From IMG/VR virus record IMGVR_UViG_3300013288_000004, positions 191,360-255,359 of that record: a stretch of DNA of 64,000 nt; one strand, written 5' to 3'. Under the pieces are notes generated by a model, which worked only from the letters and a program-made list of their open reading frames with translations, was not told the DNA's origin and did no database searches. The DNA comes from a virus (lineage: Duplodnaviria; Heunggongvirae; Uroviricota; Caudoviricetes). Positions 44,427 to 54,748 of the stretch are shown here, one piece after another (the first letter of the stretch is position 1; every line of letters begins with the position of its first letter). Position numbers and translations under genes: made by a program.

Positions 44427-44889
44427 CGTAAATAACTGTCTCTTGAATTGCTGCTACTCTAATCTTTGTTATATTATTTAATGCATAACCACGCTGCTCA
44501 AATGATGAAACAGCGGATCTAGCTTTCATATATAATTCTTTAACCTTCAATGCTTTTTTCTGAATGTCAATAAATGATGGGTGATCATCCGCCATTCTTT
44601 CTAGCATTCGCTCGCCATAAGTTTTGTCTGATCTTTCTATGATCAGACGAATTACTCTCATTTTTATTTCTTTCACTTTTATTTCTAGATAGTCATTCAA
44701 AATTTCTATCTCAACACGTAATTGATCGTAATATGAATACAAAGAAGGTTGCTCTTGATTACATAATTGGATTGTCTTATTTTTCAATGAAACATCTTCT
44801 TTTAATTCTCTATTCAGGACTAACGAGTAGGCGGCAATTATTTTGTCTAAGTTTGACAAATCTTCAGATAATTCATCTATTATTGCCAT
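44419..44889 (-). CDS. uvsY: UvsY-like recombination mediator
   Basis: Helical protein ending FEQRGYALNNITKIRVA; lies between uvsX and uvsW. Confidence 0.7.
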   Translation of the reverse strand: MAIIDELSEDLSNLDKIIAAYSLVLNRELKEDVSLKNKTIQLCNQEQPSLYSYYDQLRVEIEILNDYLEIKVKEIKMRVIRLIIERSDKTYGERMLERMADDHPSFIDIQKKALKVKELYMKARSAVSSFEQRGYALNNITKIRVAAIQETVIYDD

Positions 44890-45516
44890 TTAATTTACAC
44901 TCATGTTTTGATTTTCCATTACTTCTATTATTTTTAAATTCACAATCTGCTGGTCATTCAATGAATTTATATCAAAACCAAGTATACTGATATCTTCAGG
45001 TTTTGTCAAAATTTCTAATATATCTGCAAATTCTGGATTTTCTATTATATGAGTTTCTAAAATATTAATGTTTATATTATCTTCGTCTAGTGGTAATGTA
45101 TTATATTTTAATAATTTTTCTACGGTATCTTCTTTTGAAGTTGCGGCTATATGATTAACATCCTTAATGTTTTTGTATATGACAAATGCAGAATTAGTAT
45201 CCAATGCTTTCAAAGAAACCATCAACTCTATATTTTGTAAAAATTTATTACAATTACTCTCGTCTATCACTACCTGTCCCTTATTTGTATTGACAATGTC
45301 CCCAACATTCGGAGACATATTAAGCCTTAACATACAAAAACCGGGCAGAACATCCATACGCTCCAGCGATAATAAAGTCATTTTACGGACTTTATTTAAA
45401 AAATATTGAACGGCCTTTATAATATTTGGCTCAACAATTTCAATTACATTATTTGTAATATTATCGAAATCTACGTCTCTTTTGCACAATAGTGAAGAAA
45501 TTTTTGGAGTTTCCAT
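44890..45516 (-). CDS. hypothetical protein
   Basis: 208 aa ORF in the recombination cluster. Confidence 0.7.
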   Translation of the reverse strand: METPKISSLLCKRDVDFDNITNNVIEIVEPNIIKAVQYFLNKVRKMTLLSLERMDVLPGFCMLRLNMSPNVGDIVNTNKGQVVIDESNCNKFLQNIELMVSLKALDTNSAFVIYKNIKDVNHIAATSKEDTVEKLLKYNTLPLDEDNININILETHIIENPEFADILEILTKPEDISILGFDINSLNDQQIVNLKIIEVMENQNMSVN

Positions 45517-45533
45517 CAGAGTCCTTTAAAAGA

Positions 45534-45557
45534 AGAGAGGGGTAAATACCCCTCTCT
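45534..45557 (-). terminator. Terminator-like hairpin after uvsX
   Basis: agagaggggta-aa-tacccctctct. Confidence 0.7.
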
Positions 45558-45583
45558 ATATTTACCATATTATCAAATCAAAA

Positions 45584-46657
45584 TCAATCACTTAATGCGA
45601 GTTCTTCTAATTTTTGCCTCTTAGCGTCTTCTGCTGAAACTTTTGGTAATTCTTCTTCACCGCTCATTTCCACAACTAGAGATTCTCGCTCTCTTAAAAT
45701 CAAGTCTTCCAAAACCTGATCTTGAATGTCCTTAAACTTACTAGATTGAAATTTAGAATCTTTATATGTATACCACGCACCATTTCTCTTAATTATTCCT
45801 AGAGACTCAGCAGCTTGTAATATACCATCATATGGGTCTAAACCAGTATCATAAGGAACTGTCAATTCTACCTGTTGGAAAGGTTTAGTAAATCTTACTT
45901 TCCAACCGAAAGCTTTCATACGTATACCATCAATTTGACGAGTAGTCTTATCTCTATCAAATAAACGTGAGAATAAAACTATCTGTGAGAATGGAAACTT
46001 CAATGATTCTGTCATTTTAAATGGTGGGTAGGCATTCGGCGTCTGATCGACGTATACCTGTTTGGTGGCAACCACGGCTACTGGCATATCTTGAATATCC
46101 TGCATAATTGTTACTAACAATTGTTTCAACTTCTTAGCATGCAACCCCTGATCATTATTCAATTCACCAGTCTTTTCGTAGGCATCCAATGCATTATGAA
46201 TGAACAAAAAGTCTAGAGAATCAATACATATTAATAATTTCTTTGGATCTTCACCAGCTTCACCATTTCGATACATTGAGAGAATAGTATTCACTGCGTT
46301 AATGCATAAATTGACCTCATTGACGGAGATTCTGACGAAATCTTCTCTATCAACATCCACACCGATTGCTCTCAGGTAATCATAATCCAGCGCATTCTCA
46401 GTATCTATCACTAAAACTGAACAGTCCTGCTTCTGAGCGGATTTTATCACGTTCCCTAGTACGAATGACTTACCTGACCCGGATGGCCCTACGAGGGCTG
46501 TAAGACGTCCCTGTGGTATCCCTTTCCTATAACTACCTGACATAATTTTATTAAGTACAAATGATCCAGTATCTATCCAAAACTTTGGAATACCGTCACC
46601 CATTCCTATACCTTCTATTTTTGAAACTTTTGTTTTAAACTTTTGAAATGCACTCAT
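45584..46657 (-). CDS. uvsX: UvsX/RecA-like recombinase
   Basis: IDTGS..GIPQGR..GPSGSGKS..IDTENA..IDS. Confidence 0.93.
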   Translation of the reverse strand: MSAFQKFKTKVSKIEGIGMGDGIPKFWIDTGSFVLNKIMSGSYRKGIPQGRLTALVGPSGSGKSFVLGNVIKSAQKQDCSVLVIDTENALDYDYLRAIGVDVDREDFVRISVNEVNLCINAVNTILSMYRNGEAGEDPKKLLICIDSLDFLFIHNALDAYEKTGELNNDQGLHAKKLKQLLVTIMQDIQDMPVAVVATKQVYVDQTPNAYPPFKMTESLKFPFSQIVLFSRLFDRDKTTRQIDGIRMKAFGWKVRFTKPFQQVELTVPYDTGLDPYDGILQAAESLGIIKRNGAWYTYKDSKFQSSKFKDIQDQVLEDLILRERESLVVEMSGEEELPKVSAEDAKRQKLEELALSD

Positions 46658-46677
46658 ATTAATTTCCTTTAGAAAAG

Positions 46678-46712
46678 AAAAAGCCGGGGGCTATGAAAAC
46701 CCCCGGCTTTTT
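46678..46712 (-). terminator. Intrinsic terminator after gene 32
   Basis: aaaaagccggggg-ctatgaaaa-cccccggcttttt. Confidence 0.85.
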
Positions 46713-46721
46713 TACATCATC

Positions 46722-47642
46722 TTACTTCTTTTTGAAACGATCTCTAATCTTAGCTACCGCATCACTTTCTACGACAGTCTCTGTAGATGGTGAAACTGCG
46801 CTAGCAGCCACTTGTTCAACCACTGAAACTTTAGGACTTTCCACCGTCTTTGGTGTAATAACTTCCTGTTCCGCTGGAGTGTCGCTATGATCTTCATCGT
46901 CTTCCGCAACATCTTCACCCGTCTGATGTGCTGACAATAGTTTTTCAACCTTATCCAAACCGGGATTAGGTGGTAGGTATGTTGACAAATCAACAGGCTC
47001 TTCCACTAAATGACGATACTCTTCTGGGATTGGACTCGTGCTGTTAATGAACTTGGAATTCAAATCATAAACAGCATATTCACCATCCTTGTCCTTTCGG
47101 ATGATAAAGTTATTACCGGCATCAAGATCCCACGGATTACTATTCATTGGGTCTATCTCGTCGGTCATCTGCGCCATCATCTTCTTGAGCAACTGATTGC
47201 CTATGAAAGTCTTTATGACTTTACCCTTGAAGGTTTCGCCAGTTTCCGGATCAGGTGGTAATGGGTCTTCCAACACTAACACACGAACTGCTGCGGACTT
47301 CTTACGATAATAATACTTACCATTCTTACTCTGCTTGCCTTCCTGCTTGTAATATACTCTTGAAAGTTCACAAATAGGGCACTTTTCGCCATATTGTGTT
47401 AAACAAGGAATTGTGCGATCTTTTCCTGCGATTGACAAAGTGTGTGTCAATTTTTCAGCGAAAAAGATATTTGGATTATCTTGATTAGCATCTTCCAATA
47501 ATCTGATTATTGCGTGCTGACCAACTTCCATATTCCAGAATGGATATACATCCTTACTTCTCTGATTATTATCGTATGATGATTTCTTTTCTGTTTGTTC
47601 TTTAATATGCTTCTTTAAATCTGCTAATGTACGTCTGCTCAT
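46722..47642 (-). CDS. 32: Single-stranded DNA-binding protein (gp32-like)
   Basis: IIRLL..CLTQYGEKCPICE..GNNF..YDLNSKF; AGGAG SD. Confidence 0.85.
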   Translation of the reverse strand: MSRRTLADLKKHIKEQTEKKSSYDNNQRSKDVYPFWNMEVGQHAIIRLLEDANQDNPNIFFAEKLTHTLSIAGKDRTIPCLTQYGEKCPICELSRVYYKQEGKQSKNGKYYYRKKSAAVRVLVLEDPLPPDPETGETFKGKVIKTFIGNQLLKKMMAQMTDEIDPMNSNPWDLDAGNNFIIRKDKDGEYAVYDLNSKFINSTSPIPEEYRHLVEEPVDLSTYLPPNPGLDKVEKLLSAHQTGEDVAEDDEDHSDTPAEQEVITPKTVESPKVSVVEQVAASAVSPSTETVVESDAVAKIRDRFKKK

Positions 47643-47769
47643 AATAATTCTCCTATAGTCTATATTATCTTCTTGCAGTCTCGTCCGATATTCTGGACAT
47701 TAAGTCTAATTCATTTCTCTTAACGCTACCTATATTGCCCTACATTCTGTGCGTTGTCAAATGTAGTTT

Positions 47770-48294
47770 TTATTTGAGAACCCCGGCACCTATTAATTCG
47801 TCGGATAATCTCAAAATATGTTTACACACTCCCGGTTCTCTCGTTGGGTTGCGTAATGGTCTATCTGTCTTCTTTATATATGGTTCCGGTGGATCGCCGA
47901 ACAAAGAATCGTCTTTTTGATTCCAAACAGAGAACATATAATAAAAATCTAAACAAGTACAAGATACTGATACGGGCCAGCGATTTCTTTTTATCGAATA
48001 AATATAAAACACATCGTTACGTGTCTTTATTTCGACTTTCCATCTATTATCCTGTTCCACGTATGTCACACGATCAAACATGATCGAAGTCTTATATTTA
48101 TTCAACTTTGTCCGTGTATTTGCAGTAACCAATAATTTTTTATCTTCTACATACGGGATGTATGTCAAATTATCAACTAATACCTGTCTTGACTTTTGAT
48201 CTCTTGGAGTATCAAAAAGCAAATTAGTATTAGCCTTCAAATAGTGAATAGTAGATTTTTCGATTAAAATATTTTCCATATATGTATTTATCAT
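47770..48294 (-). CDS. SWIM-type zinc-finger protein
   Basis: VSCTCLDF...GVCKHI. Confidence 0.65.
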   Translation of the reverse strand: MINTYMENILIEKSTIHYLKANTNLLFDTPRDQKSRQVLVDNLTYIPYVEDKKLLVTANTRTKLNKYKTSIMFDRVTYVEQDNRWKVEIKTRNDVFYIYSIKRNRWPVSVSCTCLDFYYMFSVWNQKDDSLFGDPPEPYIKKTDRPLRNPTREPGVCKHILRLSDELIGAGVLK

Positions 48295-49844
48295 GCAATC
48301 ATGGGAAGTGGTAATTCATCTTCCTCCGTATTAGAAGTCTTCCAATCGTTTTCCTCGACATTCTCAAACGTATAGTATATACCATACGCTCTATCATCGA
48401 AATCACTCATTTGTTCTATCATTCTTAATATTATTAACATTGCCATAACTCTGTCATCGTTAGCCCCCGGTTGCGCTTGATATGTCTGTCCAGTTCTAAT
48501 ATATCTTTTACATTCGGTCAGAAACTCTATGGAATTTACTTTTAATATTTCATTTTCAATTACTTTTTTAAGTCGCAAAGAAAATTTCATCTTATTTCTT
48601 AAATCCGTGAAAAATCCAACACGAACTTTTCTGACATCACTTTTTGATGCCGCCTGAATTAATCCAGCTTGTAATTCGCCTTCATCGGTTAGATACAGCG
48701 CTGCTATTCCCTCACCAACACCGTTGTTTTCAAATGAGAAGAAAACTGTAGCACCGAAACTTGCAATATAGTTACATATATTTTTAATTTTTGCATACAC
48801 CGATGCAGAGTCTAAAATGTTGGTCGTTACTTCCATAACTTGTTCTAATGATGGGAACTCCACGACTTGAATAACGCTGTAATCCAGTCCCGTTCCTGTA
48901 GCTGGGTCGCAACCGACAAGATATGTCATTTTAGGATTTATATTTTTCCACAATTTTTCTCCAGCTATCTCTAGAACTGGAATTTTATTGTGAATAGAAT
49001 CTTCTAACTTCTGTAATACATAATCTTCAAACAGTGTGCCAGACGCTGTGATGAATTTACATTCATACTCCTGATCCCATAGGCGTTGACCAACTTCTCG
49101 TATTCTTTCATTTTTAAACTGTTCATCTCTTCCCGGAACAGCATTCCACGGTATAAACATATAAGCAAAATCATTATTCCCTAATTCTGCACCCCTACAT
49201 AATTTTGAATATAAATCGGTGTCGCCATTTGGAGTTGATGTTATTATACATCCACCACCAGTAGCCAGTGTTGGCATAATAGAACCCCAGAATTCTTCTT
49301 GAATATTTGGCCTGACAAACGCTAATTCGTCACAAAATAGTAAACTGATTGAAAGCCCACGACCGGAATTTGGTGTAGTGGACAATGATATTATTTTTGA
49401 GCCATTATCAAATGCCGCTGTATGTTTATTCCACGCATCATCAGATATGCCACATTTGATATGCTCTGGAACCTCCAAATACATTTTTTGAATTCTGTCA
49501 ATGATTTCCTTCGCTGCACCAGAGTCTTTCGAAACACACAACACATTAACATTGTCTGTAAACATGGCAAACCATAATAAATATGCAGCTACAGTTTGAC
49601 TTTTTCCACTCTGGCGTGCTGAGCGGACGATACTTTTTTTCTTAGAATGAAACATTCTAATCATGTCTTTTTGAAAATCAAAAAGCTTGAACGGCACGAT
49701 ACCCTTTGTTGGATGTTGTACTTTGACAAAAGTATCAATAAAATATATTGGATCTATACGACATTTGGCCAATTGCTGGATTTCTTTCATTCCATATTGA
49801 ACTTCTACATTGGCTTTTTTAATTCCATAAACTTTTCTACCCAT
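48291..49844 (-). CDS. 17: Terminase large subunit (gp17-like)
   Basis: ARQSGKS, CDELAF, ITSTPNG, GCDPATGTGLDYS, NDDRVMA. Confidence 0.95.
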   Translation of the reverse strand: MGRKVYGIKKANVEVQYGMKEIQQLAKCRIDPIYFIDTFVKVQHPTKGIVPFKLFDFQKDMIRMFHSKKKSIVRSARQSGKSQTVAAYLLWFAMFTDNVNVLCVSKDSGAAKEIIDRIQKMYLEVPEHIKCGISDDAWNKHTAAFDNGSKIISLSTTPNSGRGLSISLLFCDELAFVRPNIQEEFWGSIMPTLATGGGCIITSTPNGDTDLYSKLCRGAELGNNDFAYMFIPWNAVPGRDEQFKNERIREVGQRLWDQEYECKFITASGTLFEDYVLQKLEDSIHNKIPVLEIAGEKLWKNINPKMTYLVGCDPATGTGLDYSVIQVVEFPSLEQVMEVTTNILDSASVYAKIKNICNYIASFGATVFFSFENNGVGEGIAALYLTDEGELQAGLIQAASKSDVRKVRVGFFTDLRNKMKFSLRLKKVIENEILKVNSIEFLTECKRYIRTGQTYQAQPGANDDRVMAMLIILRMIEQMSDFDDRAYGIYYTFENVEENDWKTSNTEEDELPLPMIA

Positions 49845-49895
49845 ACTTCACCAAATAATATATGTTATTTATTTGGTGATTTTTTTACCGTACTA

Positions 49896-50600
49896 TCAAT
49901 TCAATCCAATATATTTTGTATATAACGCTGGTCGTCTATCTAGTATTCTCATTATATCTACAACTTTGTTTTTATCCATCATACTATAATTATCGAATAG
50001 AACTACATCGACAATTTTTCCTCGCAAATAATCTACATGATTATTCAATGATGTACACTGAACCGAAGTTTGCTTTTGCATCTGTCTATTAAGTTCTTCT
50101 GTTGCTGAAACTATGACAACCTTCTGCTTCTGATTTTTATATTTCTTTGCAATTTCTAATAAAATTGTAGTATTACCATGACGTCTAAATCCACTTAGTT
50201 GGAATACTGGCAATATTGCGTATTGTGACTGATCACCAGAATACATATCATCATATAATTTTAATAAAGCTAATACACTCTTTTTATATTCCGTATATGG
50301 ATTGTCTTTATGTGAGACTGAAGTAGCTATGAATTTAATATAGTCACTCTCGGCCAAATTTGTAGCAATATGGACCATAGTTACTTTTGCATCTCTTACT
50401 ATGGTTTTTTTGTTTTCATCTATTAACGTAAAATGTTTTAAAGTCCCTAATTGTTCTAATATTATTTTATGTAGTATTGGGTCTTTACTTTGTATGGATA
50501 TTTTATAATCCATGTCCATAGTTTGAGATACTATAAAATCCTCTAATTCAATAGACGTGCCATTTAAAATTAATAATTTATCGTTCATTATATTTTCCAT
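49896..50600 (-). CDS. hypothetical protein with degenerate P-loop in the C-half
   Basis: GFRRHGNTT..DVVLFD. Confidence 0.6.
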   Translation of the reverse strand: MENIMNDKLLILNGTSIELEDFIVSQTMDMDYKISIQSKDPILHKIILEQLGTLKHFTLIDENKKTIVRDAKVTMVHIATNLAESDYIKFIATSVSHKDNPYTEYKKSVLALLKLYDDMYSGDQSQYAILPVFQLSGFRRHGNTTILLEIAKKYKNQKQKVVIVSATEELNRQMQKQTSVQCTSLNNHVDYLRGKIVDVVLFDNYSMMDKNKVVDIMRILDRRPALYTKYIGLN

Positions 50601-50610
50601 TTATAGTTTT

Positions 50611-52290
50611 TTATAAACGCCATTTACCATTAATAATATTAATTAATGTTCTTGTTCCATTTGGATAAATTATGCAGTGGGTATGAAGCCATGATGACGG
50701 CCCCTTTCTATATTCAAGATTTAATTTAGAACTTACTCCAACTTGGAAACAGCCTTCATATATCGATGGACTGTGACTATGCGCTATAATTGTCTTGGGA
50801 CCAATTTTACTAAAACTTTTTACGTTGCCTTTAGCGCCATTGGGACCGATATCACCATGGAAACCGATTTCAATTCCATTGATCATAAAATCTTCATCAC
50901 GTTTTAGAAATTTTGTTCTATCTATACATTTAAGACCAGTTTGTGATTCTGGATTTGATGCCCAAAATTCAAATGGTTCGATGGTGCTATATCCAGTATC
51001 AGTTACTTTTATATTACAACATTGGTGATATTTCAAATAGTAATAAAATCTTGCATTTTCTGGATCGTTTTTGGGTTCTGACCTCATAAGCCATTTTTCT
51101 AAAACTTCATCGTGATTACTACGCACAATAATATTTTTGGAAAACGACGGAGTGGTTTCATCTATATAATTTGCTGTAATTTGTAATTCTGCTTCTACGT
51201 TGTTTCTAGCAATTAAATACGGATCATTAGTTTTTGAAAATGTATGTTTAGCATAATTTAAGATATCCGAATCATCATGATGGTGATTTCGCGCATATCC
51301 ATCGTTTACATCATGTCGTACAATATATTTTGGTTGTAGTTGATTAACTATAGAAAATCTATCAATATAAGTCGCCTTTTTTACTTCTTCATTAGCAAAT
51401 ATAGCGTGTTCGTCACCAGTAACTAACGCAGTTATATGTGCGTTAGTTACGCTATTACCACTATAGAATTTATTAAGATCATAGAATGATCCATCTATAT
51501 TGTCTGCGTGTATATGTCTGATATGGAACACGCCATCATCTTCTAGTTCAAGAACAATGGCAGCAAAGTTATGATGGAAATCACCTTTCCAGCCAGCTTT
51601 TGAATCAGTATAATTTTTCTCGGTAATTGATCCTGTTGTGGTCAATATCTTTGGTAACTTCTTGTTAGGTGTCGCAACGGTTTTTAATTGAATTTTAGGA
51701 TGCGCAAAAATCGCGGATGAACAGTGAGTATAACTATCCAACCCCGTCAAAGGTTCTACCGCTGTTGGTTGAATTTTCACCTTTCCAATCATCATAAGAG
51801 AATCGGTAAGTCGGACATCATCTTCTATCAAAAATTCTTTTATCTGTGGTGCCCACCAATCGTCATTCTTGTTATTTTGAGTAAATAAAGATGTTGGGTT
51901 TTTATATCTATACGGTATGACCAATAACCTAGCATTGTTTATTTCACAATATGATAAAATAGAGTTCAAAAACTTTTGATGAATGGGAGTTGCATTTTGT
52001 GCAGACGTAATTACATATCTATTATGTTGTAATTTACTTGAGTCACTTACTTCATGTCGTAGTATTGAATCGTTTAATTTGTCCAATTTTAATTGGTCTA
52101 TCTTAGCATTCCCAGACTTCATTTCTGGTAAATTCATGCCGGTTTCTTTAAGAACCGCTAATCTTCTACGTCTTACACTGTCCAATTGTATATTTAAATA
52201 ATTAGCAAATTGCTCCTTGGTAAAATTCAATTTATACGCTTCCAAATACAGTCTTATAAATTCTTTCTGTGATAAAGTCTTTCCAATCAT
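50611..52290 (-). CDS. Calcineurin-like metallophosphoesterase with N-terminal helical domain
   Basis: GDEH, HDVNDG, SNHD, FHGD, AHSH. Confidence 0.75.
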   Translation of the reverse strand: MIGKTLSQKEFIRLYLEAYKLNFTKEQFANYLNIQLDSVRRRRLAVLKETGMNLPEMKSGNAKIDQLKLDKLNDSILRHEVSDSSKLQHNRYVITSAQNATPIHQKFLNSILSYCEINNARLLVIPYRYKNPTSLFTQNNKNDDWWAPQIKEFLIEDDVRLTDSLMMIGKVKIQPTAVEPLTGLDSYTHCSSAIFAHPKIQLKTVATPNKKLPKILTTTGSITEKNYTDSKAGWKGDFHHNFAAIVLELEDDGVFHIRHIHADNIDGSFYDLNKFYSGNSVTNAHITALVTGDEHAIFANEEVKKATYIDRFSIVNQLQPKYIVRHDVNDGYARNHHHDDSDILNYAKHTFSKTNDPYLIARNNVEAELQITANYIDETTPSFSKNIIVRSNHDEVLEKWLMRSEPKNDPENARFYYYLKYHQCCNIKVTDTGYSTIEPFEFWASNPESQTGLKCIDRTKFLKRDEDFMINGIEIGFHGDIGPNGAKGNVKSFSKIGPKTIIAHSHSPSIYEGCFQVGVSSKLNLEYRKGPSSWLHTHCIIYPNGTRTLINIINGKWRL

Positions 52291-52751
52291 TCTTCAATAT
52301 CTCCGTCTATTATAATCGCACCACTTTTTAATTGTTCTAACATGGCATTTCTATCCATGAAGACATTATTATTAACAATCTTATTAGCGCCACCGGGTTT
52401 AGATTGTTTCTTAGCTAATTTGTCTTTTTCTTGTTTTATCTTCATTTTTTGTTGGATGGCAGATAGTGCCGTCCCTAGAATTTGGTTACTAACCTCACCC
52501 AATCTAGCCTTTTGTCTAGGATCACCGACCCTATCCATTTCATCCCGTAACATATCAAAAGCATTTAACGCTTCTTTCTTTATTTCGGAAAGTTCATCTT
52601 CGATTTCTACATCTTTATCATCGTATGTTACATGTGATACGGATTGTTCATCTTCCCTTTCTGTATGTGTCATTAGAGTTGAATTACTTTCAATCCCTAA
52701 AAACTCTTCCATGGGGTGATCGGTCGCAACCGTTACTTGTTTTTTTGCCAT
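52287..52751 (-). CDS. Possible terminase small subunit (gp16-like)
   Basis: Helical core, then NNNVFMDRNAMLEQLK; close to gp17. Confidence 0.5.
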   Translation of the reverse strand: MAKKQVTVATDHPMEEFLGIESNSTLMTHTEREDEQSVSHVTYDDKDVEIEDELSEIKKEALNAFDMLRDEMDRVGDPRQKARLGEVSNQILGTALSAIQQKMKIKQEKDKLAKKQSKPGGANKIVNNNVFMDRNAMLEQLKSGAIIIDGDIEE

Positions 52752-52756
52752 TTATA

Positions 52757-52993
52757 TTAATCTTCTATATAATTAGGCATATTTATCGGCATAAATTTAG
52801 TATTTTCTATATGCCTTAGTTCATCTGTTATTGATTTACCTCTAGACGATTCATACCATTGACCAAAAGTTAATAATTTTTTTTGATAAGTTTCAATGTG
52901 ATGAAGATCCACTCCTAGCAATAATAATTGTCTACAATAGAACGAACAATAATCCCTATACTCCAATAACAAATTATCTCTATCAATTTTCAT
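52757..52993 (-). CDS. hypothetical protein
   Basis: 78 aa coupled ORF. Confidence 0.6.
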   Translation of the reverse strand: MKIDRDNLLLEYRDYCSFYCRQLLLLGVDLHHIETYQKKLLTFGQWYESSRGKSITDELRHIENTKFMPINMPNYIED

Positions 52994-53240
52994 TTGATGA
53001 TGGATCGACTGGTGGTGCCGCTGGCACAGGCGGGGATAATTCGTCCTTAATCAACTTCTGAATTTTAGCCTGTTGAGTAGCAAATGCTGTTACATATACC
53101 TTCATCTCTCTTTCAAACAGAACTAATTTTTCTCTTAAATAGTCATAGAACTCAATTTCTTTGCGAACTTCTTTCGAGAATTCGTCCACTGGTATCATCT
53201 TATCTTTGTATGTAAAATGTTTGGTTTTTTCGATTTCCAT
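52983..53240 (-). CDS. hypothetical protein
   Basis: AAGGA SD. Confidence 0.65.
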   Translation of the reverse strand: MEIEKTKHFTYKDKMIPVDEFSKEVRKEIEFYDYLREKLVLFEREMKVYVTAFATQQAKIQKLIKDELSPPVPAAPPVDPSSNEN

Positions 53241-53249
53241 TTTGATCCT

Positions 53250-54740
53250 TTATTTGTCAATGGTTACATATGATTCTAAATCATCACTCATCAAATTCTG
53301 CATAAATGAAGTCATCTTTGATAACTTGTCTATGTCAGATTTTATTTGTTGCTCTTCGTATTGTAAAGTATTATTGACACCCGTGTCAATGTCAAGGAAT
53401 TCTGCCACCAGTGGATTATGTGTTATTCGTTCATCATCGTCTTCAGTTACCATTCCACTTTCTATCAGATGTTTTATGTGCTTCTTTCTATCCGATAATG
53501 ATGCAACAAGTTTCATCGGACCAGCCATATCAGTAATTTTCAGTGTCGATGTTGAATACTTCAACATTGCTTGTTCACCAACGCCGTCAGAATATCTAGT
53601 CTTCAAGAAGAATATTAACAATTCTCCTTTCATCTTCATGCTATCGCTCATGAATATGGAGATATAATTGTCAACGGTATTGACTTTGGTGATACCACCA
53701 GCAATAACTGCTTGTGTTGGTGCCGCTTCTCCTATAGCATCTCTGGTCTGTTGCGATGCAGATACACCAATCATATCATATTCAAATATTAATTCAGCAA
53801 GCTCTTCGGTCTTGTCCTTATCTTGTTCTGATACTGATAGTTGCTTCTTACCACCATTTGGCGACATTTTATCCAAATAGTCTACCAATAAGACATCTGG
53901 AACCTTTCCATGTTCAAGTTCATATTGTTTCAAATACGATCTAATATCGTTGGTAGTATGCCTACCAATCATTCTTTTTATGCGTAAAGAACCTACACCA
54001 TTGTTTCTAGTCTGAATGATACTAGAAACAATTTTTGGAATATTATCTCGCCACTCTTTAATAGAATAGTTTGTTAAGATTGCTGCGGCACGCAGGAAAA
54101 TCTGATCTTCCGGTAATTCCAGAGATATGTATAAAACGTCTAAACCTTGTAATGAATAATTCACAGCAAGATTGGTCATCATAACTGATTTACCACCGCC
54201 AGAATTTGCGGAGAACAGGGTCAACTGTTTTCTAAATAATCCACCACCGAGTCTTTTATCTAAATCTGCAATACCAGTAGTGTATCCTACTGCTTGTTCT
54301 TTTAATTTCTCAAATGAGGACTCTGGGTCTTGATAAAAATCCAACCCCAAATCTACGGCTAGCGATATGCTAGTAGCCTTCATTATGGCTTCATATAAAA
54401 CAGATAGATTTCCCTTATCCACCTCTGGCATGCTCTCAGTCACAGCATTCCTAACCGCTCTCTGTTTACAGAAGAGTTCTATACTATCACACGCAAACTT
54501 ATATTCACCCTTTGTCACGGTCTTGACGGCAAATGGCTCTCCGTCCACATCAAATTTAGAATTTAATATAGACGGGTCTACGATATCATTATATTTGGAA
54601 TAATAGTCTTTGATAAAAGCCACGACACCCTTCAGTTTAGGGTGAAAAAATGCTGGGTCTACTATAGAATTACATCTTGTAAAAACGTCTTGTGATGATA
54701 GTAAATGTGTTACTATCAATCTCTCTTCTTTTATATTCAT
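53250..54740 (-). CDS. 41: Replicative DnaB-like helicase (gp41-like)
   Basis: TTGI..LD..GG..ANSGGGKS..SLELPE..VDYLD..SASQQTR..LKTRYS. Confidence 0.93.
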   Translation of the reverse strand: MNIKEERLIVTHLLSSQDVFTRCNSIVDPAFFHPKLKGVVAFIKDYYSKYNDIVDPSILNSKFDVDGEPFAVKTVTKGEYKFACDSIELFCKQRAVRNAVTESMPEVDKGNLSVLYEAIMKATSISLAVDLGLDFYQDPESSFEKLKEQAVGYTTGIADLDKRLGGGLFRKQLTLFSANSGGGKSVMMTNLAVNYSLQGLDVLYISLELPEDQIFLRAAAILTNYSIKEWRDNIPKIVSSIIQTRNNGVGSLRIKRMIGRHTTNDIRSYLKQYELEHGKVPDVLLVDYLDKMSPNGGKKQLSVSEQDKDKTEELAELIFEYDMIGVSASQQTRDAIGEAAPTQAVIAGGITKVNTVDNYISIFMSDSMKMKGELLIFFLKTRYSDGVGEQAMLKYSTSTLKITDMAGPMKLVASLSDRKKHIKHLIESGMVTEDDDERITHNPLVAEFLDIDTGVNNTLQYEEQQIKSDIDKLSKMTSFMQNLMSDDLESYVTIDK

Positions 54741-54748
54741 TAAGTTCC

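Noticed and set aside
310-53240. Stop-codon reassignment as an explanation for the split genes
   Set aside because: Long core genes are intact in the standard code, and the splits involve kilobase gaps, not single in-frame stops.
42891-54740. Inteins in UvsW, UvsX, terminase or helicase
   Set aside because: Lengths are normal and no C...HN[CST] blocks were seen.
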